The notes beneath the pieces were generated by a model. The model saw only the letters and a program-made list of their open reading frames with translations. It made no database searches and was not told the DNA's origin. A stretch of DNA of 63,447 nucleotides, counting the filler. It is 5 parts of 5 records of this genome, joined end to end, with 100 filler letters (N's around TTAATTAATTAA, not from the genome) between each part and the next. Parts side by side here need not be neighbours in the genome. Positions count along the whole stretch, not along the records: positions 1 to 22,651 come from DRR378314_2137; positions 22,752 to 38,579 come from DRR378314_2139; 3 more parts are not named here. One strand, 5' to 3'. Each line of letters opens with the position of its first letter. Position 1 is the first letter of the stretch. The position numbers and the translations under genes are program-made. Below, in pieces: positions 20,066 through 29,496 of the stretch.

Positions 20066-21739
20066 TTATAAGTCTAACTTAAAAGCGTTTTTTAATAATG
20101 CTAAATTTGGGTTTTTTTCAAGAAGCTTATTATATTTTTCTTGAGGAGTATAAGCAAACTTTTTGGTAACAGTTTCATTTACAACTACAGATATGATAAT
20201 TCCGTAATTATTTAATGATTCTCTTAGATGTTTTAAAAGATGTGGCTTTTCTTTTTCTACCTGATCAGCCATTAAAGAATTAGGTAGTGTTAGCGAAATA
20301 TTAAACCCTTCTTCTGACTTTGGAGTATTAGAAATTAATGAAGCTGCAATACTTTTTTTACCATTTTTAATTAATATTTTATGGTAAGAATTCCAAGCTT
20401 GCTCAAGCTCATTTTGTGTAAATACATCTTTTGGATGATTGTCAAAATTTTCTTCAAAGCTTGTTTCAGATTTTTCTTCTTTTTTAGTATGTACACTTTT
20501 TAAAGTTAAAGAAGATGATCTACGTTTTACGTTTTTTAAAATTGGTTTTTCAAGAGTTGGCTCTTCTCTTTTTTTTCTATGAGTGGGTGCCTTAATAGTA
20601 TTTTTTAATTCTTTTGCAATTGGAGATAAAGAAGTGAAAAAAGTAGCAGGAATTATGTAGTTAGCTGATTTTTTTTTTTCTCCATCAAAAGTGATAGAAG
20701 CAATTTGCATTAAAGTTAGTTCAACTAATAACCGTTGGTTCTTACTAGTTCTATAACTTAAATCACAATTATTTGCTTTTTCAATTGAAGAAATTAAAAA
20801 CTGAACACTTGCTTTAGTAGCTTGTTCTAAATATTTTTTTTTTGCAACATCTCCAACTTCTAAAAGATCTACTGTAGCTTTGTCTTTCGCTACTAATAAA
20901 TCTCTAAAATGAGAAGCCAATCCATTTATGAAATGATGACCTTCAAACCCTTTAGTTAAAACATCATTAAATGCTATTAATGCATCAGGTATTTTATTAT
21001 CTAAAAGTAAATCTGTCATATTAAAATAGACATCATAATCTAATACATTCAAATTTTGCGTTACAGCTTCTCTAGTTAAGTTTTCACCAGAAAAACTAAC
21101 AACTCTGTCAAATATAGATAAGGCATCACGCATTGCACCATCTGCTTTTTGAGCAATAATATGTAATGCATCGTCTTCTGCATTGATATTTTCTTTTTTG
21201 GCAATGGTTTTTAAGTAATTCTTAGCATCTAAAACGCCAATTCTTTTAAAATCGAATATTTGACATCGTGATAAAATTGTCGGAATTATTTTATGCTTTT
21301 CTGTTGTTGCTAATATGAAAATTGCATGCGCTGGTGGTTCTTCTAAAGTCTTTAAAAAAGCATTAAAGGCAGCTTGAGACAACATATGAACCTCATCAAT
21401 AATGTATACTTTAAATTTACCAGTTTGCGGAGGAATACGAACTTGATCTGTTAAACTTCTAATATCATCAACCGAGTTATTTGACGCTGCATCTAATTCA
21501 AATATATTAAAAGCGTAATCTTCATCATCTGCAAATGAAGCTTCTTGATTAATACGTTTTGCTAAAATTCTTGCACAAGAAGTTTTACCAACTCCACGTG
21601 GACCAGTAAACAAAAGAGCTTGAGCTAAGTGATTATTGCTAATCGCATTTTCTAACGTATTTGTAATGGCTTGTTGCCCAACTACATCAGCAAAAACTTG
21701 TGGTCTATATTTACGTGCAGAAACTATAAATTGCTCCAT
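20066..21739 (-). CDS. dnaX: DNA polymerase III subunit gamma/tau
   Basis: ARKYRPQ, GPRGVGKT, ELDAASNNSVD, IIDEVHMLS, SRC motif; TACATTTG -7 promoter box at 21765-21772. Confidence 0.98.
   Translation of the reverse strand: MEQFIVSARKYRPQVFADVVGQQAITNTLENAISNNHLAQALLFTGPRGVGKTSCARILAKRINQEASFADDEDYAFNIFELDAASNNSVDDIRSLTDQVRIPPQTGKFKVYIIDEVHMLSQAAFNAFLKTLEEPPAHAIFILATTEKHKIIPTILSRCQIFDFKRIGVLDAKNYLKTIAKKENINAEDDALHIIAQKADGAMRDALSIFDRVVSFSGENLTREAVTQNLNVLDYDVYFNMTDLLLDNKIPDALIAFNDVLTKGFEGHHFINGLASHFRDLLVAKDKATVDLLEVGDVAKKKYLEQATKASVQFLISSIEKANNCDLSYRTSKNQRLLVELTLMQIASITFDGEKKKSANYIIPATFFTSLSPIAKELKNTIKAPTHRKKREEPTLEKPILKNVKRRSSSLTLKSVHTKKEEKSETSFEENFDNHPKDVFTQNELEQAWNSYHKILIKNGKKSIAASLISNTPKSEEGFNISLTLPNSLMADQVEKEKPHLLKHLRESLNNYGIIISVVVNETVTKKFAYTPQEKYNKLLEKNPNLALLKNAFKLDL
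20669..20679 (-). other. A11 homopolymer at the predicted gamma/tau junction of dnaX (candidate slippage site)
   Basis: Coding strand GGA GAA AAA AAA AAA TCA GCT AAC; both shifted frames hit TAA within a few codons. Confidence 0.65.
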
Positions 21740-21884
21740 TAAAAACGATTAATCATTAGGTAAACAAATGTAAGTAACTCAATATTGTTTTACAACAAAT
21801 CTTTATACTCAACTATTAAAGTTTTTAACAATTGTATGAAATCTTTTTATCTTTCGACCAAGAGAAAAATTAGATATATAGATT

Positions 21885-22541
21885 ATGAAATTAATAAAAT
21901 TTTTTAGCGCTTTTGCAATTGTGTTTTTATTGCTTTTTATAGTTAGCTTTTCTATCCCCAAAGAACAAACATCTACTTATTTTCCACAAAAAAAAGAATT
22001 AAAAACAGCTTATTTTGCAAGTGGATGTTTTTGGTGTGTAGAAGCAATTTTTGAAAGTGTAATAGGGGTAGAGGAAGCTATCTCTGGTTATGCAGGCGGT
22101 TTTACAAAAAATCCAACATATAAATCAATAGGCACTGGATTAACTGGTCATGCTGAAGCAGTTGCAGTTTATTATGATCCTGACAAAGTCAGCTTTGATA
22201 CTTTAGTAAAAGTGTTTTTCGGTTCTCATAATCCAACTACTAAAAACGGACAACATCCAGATTATGGAAGCCAATATAGATCTATTGCATTTTATCAAAA
22301 CGATAAAGAAAAACAAAACATTGTAACAGTTTTAAATGAATTAAATTCAAAATATTATAAAGGAAAAATTGTTACAGAAGTTACTAAGTTGATTAAGTTT
22401 TATCAGGCAGAAGATTATCATCAAAATTTTGAAAGACTAAATCCTGATAATCCCTATGTTAAAAATGTTTCTATACCAAGACTTAATAGATTCAAAAAAA
22501 TATTTCCAAATATTTTAAAAAAAAGCGCAATGTTGCACTAA
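21885..22541 (+). CDS. msrA: Peptide-methionine (S)-S-oxide reductase with N-terminal signal peptide
   Basis: GCFWC, GYAGG, GHAEAV, QYRS, AEDYHQ. Confidence 0.96.
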   Translation: MKLIKFFSAFAIVFLLLFIVSFSIPKEQTSTYFPQKKELKTAYFASGCFWCVEAIFESVIGVEEAISGYAGGFTKNPTYKSIGTGLTGHAEAVAVYYDPDKVSFDTLVKVFFGSHNPTTKNGQHPDYGSQYRSIAFYQNDKEKQNIVTVLNELNSKYYKGKIVTEVTKLIKFYQAEDYHQNFERLNPDNPYVKNVSIPRLNRFKKIFPNILKKSAMLH

Positions 22542-22553
22542 TAATAGATAATC

Positions 22554-22580
22554 GCGCTACCTATTAGGTAGCGCATTTTT
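22554..22580 (+). terminator. Rho-independent terminator after msrA
   Basis: gcgctacct-att-aggtagcgc followed by attttt. Confidence 0.8.
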
Positions 22581-22651
22581 ATGCATCCTTAATACACAAT
22601 GTTTTATAAGCAATCTAATTGTTTATACTTTTTTTTAATATTTTCTTACTG

Positions 22652-22751
22652 NNNNNNNNNNNNNNNNNNNNNNNNNNNNNNNNNNNNNNNNNNNNTTAAT
22701 TAATTAANNNNNNNNNNNNNNNNNNNNNNNNNNNNNNNNNNNNNNNNNNNN
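22652..22751. other. Artificial contig spacer
   Basis: N-run/TTAATTAATTAA/N-run; composition jumps from AT-rich to GC-rich. Confidence 0.99.
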
Positions 22752-23708
22752 GCAAAAGGTGTTGTAGCCGCCCATGCAGACGACCCCGACCGCACCGGCA
22801 AACAATGCCTCGATCCGGCTGTCAAATCCCACGGCGGTGACGCGCCCGTTCAACTTCGCCACACGTGCATCAAAGGCATCGCGCACTTCCCCTGACAGGA
22901 AAGGGCCATAGATCAACATCGCATTGGGCCCAAGATCGGGATCTTGCTCATAGGCAGACAGCACCAGAGACACCATCGCGGCCCCGTCACCACCCCCACC
23001 TGGTGTGATCAGGACATAAGGGCTGTCAGGCACATCAGATGAATCCGTAATCGCGCGGCGCAAATAGCCGGTCCAATGCATTTTGGCGCGGGTCTCGGTG
23101 GAAAGGGCCAGCCCCTCTGTCGGGTCATAGACCGCGCGCACACCGTAGACCCAGATTTCATCATAGAGGTTCTCTGCCGCGGCCAGAGCTCCCTTGCGGG
23201 TCCATTCAGCGGCCAGAACTTCGGGTTCGTCCAGCACATCCCGCAGGCCCAGCACCACACGTGACCGGCCGCGCATCCGCAGGTATTCCAATGTTGGCAA
23301 TAACTCCCCGCGAAATCCGGTTGGTTCCTTGTCGACAATCATCAGATCAGGTTCGAACCGTTCAACCGCACTTTGGATCAGCCCGGCCCGCAGGGAGGTT
23401 ATATCGTCGATATCCAGTCCCAACGTCTGGCTGATGTAACTACCATCGGGTGTCTTGGTCACGCCGGGCAGGCGGATATGGTCGACCCGCTCTGGAAAGG
23501 TGAACCGGCCCGCCATCGGAGATCCGGTCAGGATGATCGCAGAGGCTTCGGGGTCTGCCTGCGTCAGCGCAGTTGCCAAGGCCCGCGAACGGCGCAGATG
23601 TCCCAGACCAAACGTATCGTGGCTGTAAAACATGATCCGCCGCGCGCGGGACGTGCCGCGATTGGCGTGCGAGGGTGTTGGCCCCATAAGTGTCACCTTT
23701 TCCACCAC
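22752..23708 (-). CDS. Predicted GT-B glycosyltransferase (COG4671-like), 3'-truncated
   Basis: RIMFYSHDTFGLGHLRR, LGLRDVLD, TPGGGGDG and MGGYNT motifs; start codon uncertain (23708 or 23687). Confidence 0.85.
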
Positions 23709-23894
23709 ATTTGTACTGTGGCTTAGCCTGTGAACAGACCCCCGCAGGATTCGTCTGTGAATTTTCGGCTGCCCATGCGCCAGCCCCCTTCCGCTATGGC
23801 ATAAACTGCAGGGCTTTGTAAAACATCATGGATCACGGTTCCGTGCGGCAGCCCTTCATCGCGGGAATTGCAATGATATGGCCACTGGCCTAGC

Positions 23895-26354
23895 GTGTTT
23901 CAACTGTCGTTGAATACTGGGGCTGCCATGCGTCTGACCATCTTCTTTTTGCTGCTGATCGGGATTTTACTGGGCCCGTTTGGCAGCAGCAGCTTTGCTC
24001 AGGGCATCTCGTTTTTGACCAATAAACAGGTTGCGGAAACAGACTCCGAAGCAAAGATCGAAGACATCATGCGTCAGGCGGCGGAAAACGGCGTGGGCGT
24101 TGTGGTGATCGACCGCGAAGGAAATCTGCTTCAATCCGTCCCTGAAGCTGCGCCGGCAGCGGTATCGGAAGGATTTGACGGTTCTGCGCTGATGGCCTTG
24201 CAGGACAACACGGTGCGGTTTCGCACCGCGTTGATTGAACGTCTGGTGCAACTGCCAACCGCCTTCAACGAGGTGCTGTATATTCTGCGCGCGGCCAGTC
24301 CTGATGGTAGTTTGACGGCATTTGGCAAGGTGCTGGGTTACAGCCTGCTGTTCTTTGCCGCCGGGGTGCTGTTTGAACGGGAAATCTATGGCAAAAGGAT
24401 CATGCGCAACGTCATTGTGTCGCGGGTGCGGGACAACCCCGTCGGCTTTGCCGAGAAAATGCCGTTTCTTGTCCTGCGGTTTGCAGCTGGTGTAAGCGGG
24501 ATTCTGGTGTCGATGATCGTGGCCTATTTCATCGGCTTCGCGATCTTTGGCCCGCTTGAAGACACCGCATTGCAATTCACCGCCACGCTGATCAACATTG
24601 GCTATTTCGCCTGTCGGTTTGTTGCTGGTCTGTGGCGGATGATCTTGTCGCCGTTTCTTGCGCAATATCGCATTCCCGTCCTCAGTGATCGTGACGCCAA
24701 ACGCCTGCATCGTTGGCTTTGGGTGCTGGCGGTGTTTGACATTTGTGCAATCCTGTTTGGTGTCTGGATTGCCGAACTGGGGCTGAACTACGATGTTTAT
24801 GCGTTTTTGTCCTCGATCCTGTCGGCGGTCATTGTGCTGGTCAATATCGTAATGGTTCTGGTCAACCGCCGCGCGATTTCAGGGGCGTTGCGTCGTGGGA
24901 AAGCACCGGAAGAGGTGGGTATGGCGACCCGTCTGCTTAGCCAGATCTGGGCCCCGGTGGTTATCCTCTACGTATTATTCGCCTGGTTCCAGTTGACCTA
25001 TGACCTTGTCCTCAACAGCCCGAACCCTGTCCCATTGATTGCCGGTGCCTACGGCATTCTGATCTCGATTGTAGTGGTCTATGGGGTGATTAACTACCTG
25101 ATCGAACGTAACTTTTCGCGCGCCCGTGCACTGCGTCGCATGAATGAAATCATGGTTGAGGAAGAGGCGCAGGAACAGGCTTTGGCCACGGCAGAAAGTC
25201 AGGCAGCAAGCGCTGCGGAAAAGGCGCGCCTGACCCGTGAATTGGAAGAGACCCGAGCCGAGGAAAAGGCCGCCTGTGCGGTCATCGGGCCGCGCCACCA
25301 GATGAATACCTTCGAAGAGCTGGCCCGCCGCGTTGCCGGTATTCTGGCTTTTGTTGCAGGGATTTATGCGTTTTTCTACATTTGGGACAACGACAGTGCC
25401 GAGATGGTCGAAAGCGTTGCCGACCGGATGCTGGATATCATGGTCATCCTGTTTTTCGGCTATATCATCTACCACGCCTTTCGGATCTGGATTGACACCA
25501 AGATTCAGGAAGAAACTGGTGATCAGGAAGAGGGGGAATTGGGCGACGAGGGCGGCGGCTCCTCGGCCAGCCGGTTGGCAACTCTGCTGCCCCTGTTTCG
25601 TAACTTCATACTGATTGTGGTTGTTGTTACGATTTTGCTGATCGTGCTGATGCAGGTGGGCATCAATGTGGGGCCGCTGTTTGCCGGTGCCGGTATCGTT
25701 GGTGTGGCAGTTGGTTTTGGCTCGCAAGCACTGGTGCGCGACATCTTTGCAGGCGCGTTTTTCCTGTTTGATGATGCCTTTCGCAAGGGCGAATATCTCG
25801 ATGTTGGCGGTGTCAAAGGCACGGTTGAGAAAATCTCTGTCCGCTCGTTCCAACTGCGTCACCATCTGGGTGCCTTGCACACCATCCCGTTTGGAGAATT
25901 GCAGGTAATGACCAATTACTCACGTGATTGGGTGATCATGAAACTGCCGCTGCGGGTGACCTATGACACGGATGTTGAACGGGTGCGCAAACTGATCAAG
26001 AAGCTGGGGCAAGAGTTGCTTGAAGATCCGGTGATTGGTCCCGATTTCATTCAGCCGTTGAAATCCCAAGGGGTGATTGAAATGCAGGACAGCGCGATGA
26101 TCATCCGCGTCAAGTTCATGACCAAACCCGGCGATCAATGGGTGATCCGCAAACGGATTTATCAGGACATCCGCGCGTTGTTCGAGCGCGAAGGCATTAA
26201 GTTTGCCCATCGTGAAGTTACGGTACGGTTGGCCGATGGCAAGGTCGACGACCTGAGCGAGGAAGAGAAAAACACCATCACCGCTGCCGCACAATCCTCA
26301 ATCGAAGAGGAAATGCTTGGGGATGCGGAGGAGGCGAAAGGTGATGATAGATAG
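23895..26354 (+). CDS. Large MscS-family mechanosensitive channel with extended multi-TM N-terminus
   Basis: C-terminal MscS core (AGAGIVGVAVGFGSQALVRD...GTVEKISVRS...IPFG...NYSRDW); many N-terminal TM segments; start may be ATG 23928. Confidence 0.9.
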   Translation: MFQLSLNTGAAMRLTIFFLLLIGILLGPFGSSSFAQGISFLTNKQVAETDSEAKIEDIMRQAAENGVGVVVIDREGNLLQSVPEAAPAAVSEGFDGSALMALQDNTVRFRTALIERLVQLPTAFNEVLYILRAASPDGSLTAFGKVLGYSLLFFAAGVLFEREIYGKRIMRNVIVSRVRDNPVGFAEKMPFLVLRFAAGVSGILVSMIVAYFIGFAIFGPLEDTALQFTATLINIGYFACRFVAGLWRMILSPFLAQYRIPVLSDRDAKRLHRWLWVLAVFDICAILFGVWIAELGLNYDVYAFLSSILSAVIVLVNIVMVLVNRRAISGALRRGKAPEEVGMATRLLSQIWAPVVILYVLFAWFQLTYDLVLNSPNPVPLIAGAYGILISIVVVYGVINYLIERNFSRARALRRMNEIMVEEEAQEQALATAESQAASAAEKARLTRELEETRAEEKAACAVIGPRHQMNTFEELARRVAGILAFVAGIYAFFYIWDNDSAEMVESVADRMLDIMVILFFGYIIYHAFRIWIDTKIQEETGDQEEGELGDEGGGSSASRLATLLPLFRNFILIVVVVTILLIVLMQVGINVGPLFAGAGIVGVAVGFGSQALVRDIFAGAFFLFDDAFRKGEYLDVGGVKGTVEKISVRSFQLRHHLGALHTIPFGELQVMTNYSRDWVIMKLPLRVTYDTDVERVRKLIKKLGQELLEDPVIGPDFIQPLKSQGVIEMQDSAMIIRVKFMTKPGDQWVIRKRIYQDIRALFEREGIKFAHREVTVRLADGKVDDLSEEEKNTITAAAQSSIEEEMLGDAEEAKGDDR

Positions 26355-26450
26355 CGGGATCTGGCCGATCACGCAGTGTTGAGCATGTACCCACGTTGAC
26401 TTGTGGTGATCCCGCGCTAGCTTTTTTGGAAACCATCACAGGAGCGTCCC

Positions 26451-27215
26451 ATGACCCAGACACGTCGACATTTCCTTGCTACCACCGCTGCAACCGTCAC
26501 CTTCTTGCCTTTCCTGGCCCATGCGGACGGGCATGGCGCGGATCGCTTCGAAACACCCGCCGGTGACATCACGGTGCATCCGGTGGCACATGCCTCGATT
26601 GTATTGGAGACACCGAAAGGTACGATCTATGTCGATCCCGTGGGCGAGGCGGCGCAATATGAGGGCATGCCCGCTCCCGATCTGATCCTGATCACCCATG
26701 AACATGGTGATCACTATCAGGAAGAGACCCTGCAGGCGATTGTCGCCGAGAACACACAGCTCATCACCAACCCTGCGGTGATGGGTAAACTCTCTGAAGG
26801 GCTGAAGGCCCGCGCCAGCGAGGTTGCCAATGGTGGTACTGCTGACTTCGCCGATATGGTGATAGAGGCGATACCGGCCTATAATACCACGGAAGAGCGC
26901 AAAAATTTCCACCCCGAGGGGCGGGACAACGGCTATGTTCTAAACTTCGAAGGTTTTCGGATGTATATCTCGGGTGATACCGAAGACATCCCAGAGATGC
27001 GCAGCCTGAAAGATATTGATCTGGCCTTTGTCTGTATGAACCTGCCGTTTACGATGGATTCCAATGCGGCGGCCTCGGCTGTTTCCGAATTTGCACCTTC
27101 ATATGTCTACCCCTATCACTACCGCGGGCGCGACGGCGGCACCCAGGACCCACAGAGCTTTGCCAAGATGGTAAGCGGGGAAACAGAAGTGAAATTTGGA
27201 AACTGGTACGGCTAA
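26451..27215 (+). CDS. Tat-exported MBL-fold metallohydrolase (UlaG-like)
   Basis: Twin-arginine TRRHFL signal; THEHGDH, YISGDT and YPYHY motifs. Confidence 0.85.
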   Translation: MTQTRRHFLATTAATVTFLPFLAHADGHGADRFETPAGDITVHPVAHASIVLETPKGTIYVDPVGEAAQYEGMPAPDLILITHEHGDHYQEETLQAIVAENTQLITNPAVMGKLSEGLKARASEVANGGTADFADMVIEAIPAYNTTEERKNFHPEGRDNGYVLNFEGFRMYISGDTEDIPEMRSLKDIDLAFVCMNLPFTMDSNAAASAVSEFAPSYVYPYHYRGRDGGTQDPQSFAKMVSGETEVKFGNWYG

Positions 27216-27291
27216 CCGCTTCGGGGTGTCCTGTGGCACCCGCGCAGTTTCGGAGGCTCCGCTTTCAGAGCTTAAGGACAGGATGAAGACG

Positions 27292-27316
27292 GGGCGTTGG
27301 CGTTTTGCCAGCGCCC
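27292..27316. terminator. Hairpin between the convergent MBL and ABC permease genes
   Basis: gggcgttggc-gtttt-gccagcgccc; no clear U-tract. Confidence 0.5.
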
Positions 27317-28471
27317 TTAGTTTTTATAGGGATCCAGCGAGGCCCGCAGCCCGTCGCCAAGGAAGTTGAACGCCAGCACGACAACGATGATCGGCAGCAT
27401 GGGAATGGCTGTCCACCAGTAGATTTCGATGCTGGCCAGGTTTTGGGCATCGTTCAACATGACACCCCAGCTGACCGCGGGGGCGCGCAGGCCGAGGCCC
27501 AGAAAGCTGAGCGCGGTTTCGCCAAGGATCATCGCGGGGATCGACAGGGTGGCGCTTGCGATCAGATGTGACATGAAGTTGGGCAGAAGATGGCGGCGGA
27601 TCACGCGCGACGGTTTTGCGCCCATCATTTCAGCCGCCTTGACGTATTCCTCTTCCCGCAGGGACAGAAATTTAGAGCGCACTGCGCGGGCAAGGCCAGG
27701 CCAGTCGAGAATGCCCAGAATGATCGAGATGATAAAGAACACCGCAACCGGCCCCCAGTTCGACGGTACCGCGGCAGAAAGGGCCAGCCACAGGGGCAGT
27801 TCCGGCAGCGAGCGCAGAATTTCTATGGCGCGATTTACGACCCAGTCGGTTTTGCCGCCGAAATATCCCGCCATCGCACCAAAGGTAATGCCAAGCAGGA
27901 ATGACACGGTGATGCCAATCAGGCCAACGGTCAGGGACAATTGCGCGCCATACAGGATGCGACTGAAGACATCGCGCCCAAGCCGGTCAGAGCCCCAAAG
28001 GAAAACCGTGGCCCCTTCAGGGGCGCAGAACAGATGGGTGTCAGAGGGGATCAGACCGAACAGGCGATAGGTCTCACCTTTGCAGAAATACTCCAGCTGC
28101 ATCGGTGTGGTTTCATCTGTGGTATAGTGCCATTGGAACTGCTCAAGATCGGCCTCTGCCGTTGTGGGATAGACAAACGGCCCGACAAAACGGCCCTCGT
28201 GCCAAAGGTTCACGCTTTGAGGCGGGGCATAGAGGTAATCCGCGCTGCGCTCGTTGGGGGTATAGGGGGCGATGAACCCGGCAATCGGCAGGATCAGATA
28301 ACAGGTCAGCAGAAAGATGCCCGAGACAAGCGCCAGCTTGTGCCGCTTGAATTTGCGCCAGACCAGCAGCCATGCAGGCGCATCCATGTCCGAGCGTTCT
28401 GGTGCGCTGATGTCGGTTTCGTCCTGCCATGGCGCGGGATCGACGTAGCGGTTGTCGGGATGGTCTGTCAT
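27317..28471 (-). CDS. Peptide/nickel ABC transporter permease (DppC/OppC-like)
   Basis: WGSDRLGRDVFSR, EAA loop EEYVKAAEMMGA, ETALSFLGLG, NFLGDGLR. Confidence 0.93.
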   Translation of the reverse strand: MTDHPDNRYVDPAPWQDETDISAPERSDMDAPAWLLVWRKFKRHKLALVSGIFLLTCYLILPIAGFIAPYTPNERSADYLYAPPQSVNLWHEGRFVGPFVYPTTAEADLEQFQWHYTTDETTPMQLEYFCKGETYRLFGLIPSDTHLFCAPEGATVFLWGSDRLGRDVFSRILYGAQLSLTVGLIGITVSFLLGITFGAMAGYFGGKTDWVVNRAIEILRSLPELPLWLALSAAVPSNWGPVAVFFIISIILGILDWPGLARAVRSKFLSLREEEYVKAAEMMGAKPSRVIRRHLLPNFMSHLIASATLSIPAMILGETALSFLGLGLRAPAVSWGVMLNDAQNLASIEIYWWTAIPMLPIIVVVLAFNFLGDGLRASLDPYKN

Positions 28472-29496
28472 TTGCCGCGCTCTCCGTAGCGGATGCGCGG
28501 GTCCAGAAGAACCAGCAGCAGGTCAGAGATCATTGTGCCGATCAGGGTCAGCAATGCCACGAACATCAATACAAAGGCGGCAAGGAACTGATCCTGTGAT
28601 TTCAGCGCTGTCAGCAGGGAAGGCCCAATGGTTTGCAGCCCCAGTACAACCGACACCAGCACAGAGCCGGACACCATTGCAGGCAACAGGTTGCCAATGT
28701 CGGCGACAAAGGGGTTAAACGCCACCCGCAGAGGGTATTTGGTAAGCATCTTGGCGGGCCCAAGCCCCTTGGCCTGTGCGGTTTCCACATAGGGTTTGCT
28801 CAGCTCGTCCAACATGTTCGCGCGCAAACGTTGCATCATCGCTGCCGCCCCGGAGGTGCCGATCACAAAGGTAGGCACGATTAAGTGCAGCAGGATGGAT
28901 TTGACCTTGGCCCATGTCATCGGCTCCCCCTCGAATGCGGGATGCATCAGCCCGCCGATGGGCAGATCGAAATATTTATTGCCATAGTAGAACAGGATCA
29001 GAGCCAACAGGAAGTTCGGGGTGGCCAGCCCCAGATAGCCGACAAAACCAGCGGTGTAATCCACCCATGTTTCGGATTTCGCGGCGGCCAATACCCCAAG
29101 GGGCAGGGCCACCGCATAGACAAAAAGGACAGCAGCAAGGTTCACCAGCACCGTTAGCCACAGGGCGTCGCCCACAATGTCTCCGACAGGACGGTCAAAT
29201 TCAAAGGACCAGCCAAAGTCACCCTGTATCAGCCCGGAAAATCCGTTGGGGCCGGGCATCATGCCGACCCAGATGAAATATTGCTCCCAAATTGGGCGAT
29301 CCAGCGCGTATTCGGTGCGCAGGAATTCGGCCTTGGCCACACCTTCGGCCTGGCCGGTGGCCCGCAATTCTGCAATCTGGTTGGAGAGATAATCACCGGG
29401 TGGCAGGTTGATGATGATCCACACCATGATCGACACAACCCAAAGGGTCAGCAACATCGTCAGAAAACGATAGGCAGCGTAGCGCAGCAAGATCAT
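28468..29496 (-). CDS. Peptide/nickel ABC transporter permease (DppB/OppB-like)
   Basis: LPPGD, GDFGWS, YVETAQAKGL, terminal LDPRIR. Confidence 0.93.
   Translation of the reverse strand: MILLRYAAYRFLTMLLTLWVVSIMVWIIINLPPGDYLSNQIAELRATGQAEGVAKAEFLRTEYALDRPIWEQYFIWVGMMPGPNGFSGLIQGDFGWSFEFDRPVGDIVGDALWLTVLVNLAAVLFVYAVALPLGVLAAAKSETWVDYTAGFVGYLGLATPNFLLALILFYYGNKYFDLPIGGLMHPAFEGEPMTWAKVKSILLHLIVPTFVIGTSGAAAMMQRLRANMLDELSKPYVETAQAKGLGPAKMLTKYPLRVAFNPFVADIGNLLPAMVSGSVLVSVVLGLQTIGPSLLTALKSQDQFLAAFVLMFVALLTLIGTMISDLLLVLLDPRIRYGERGK

Noticed and set aside
22600..22800. Apparent GC-shift island boundaries, and ORFs ending in X runs, at all four spacers
   Set aside because: Artefacts of contig concatenation, not horizontal transfer or pseudogenes
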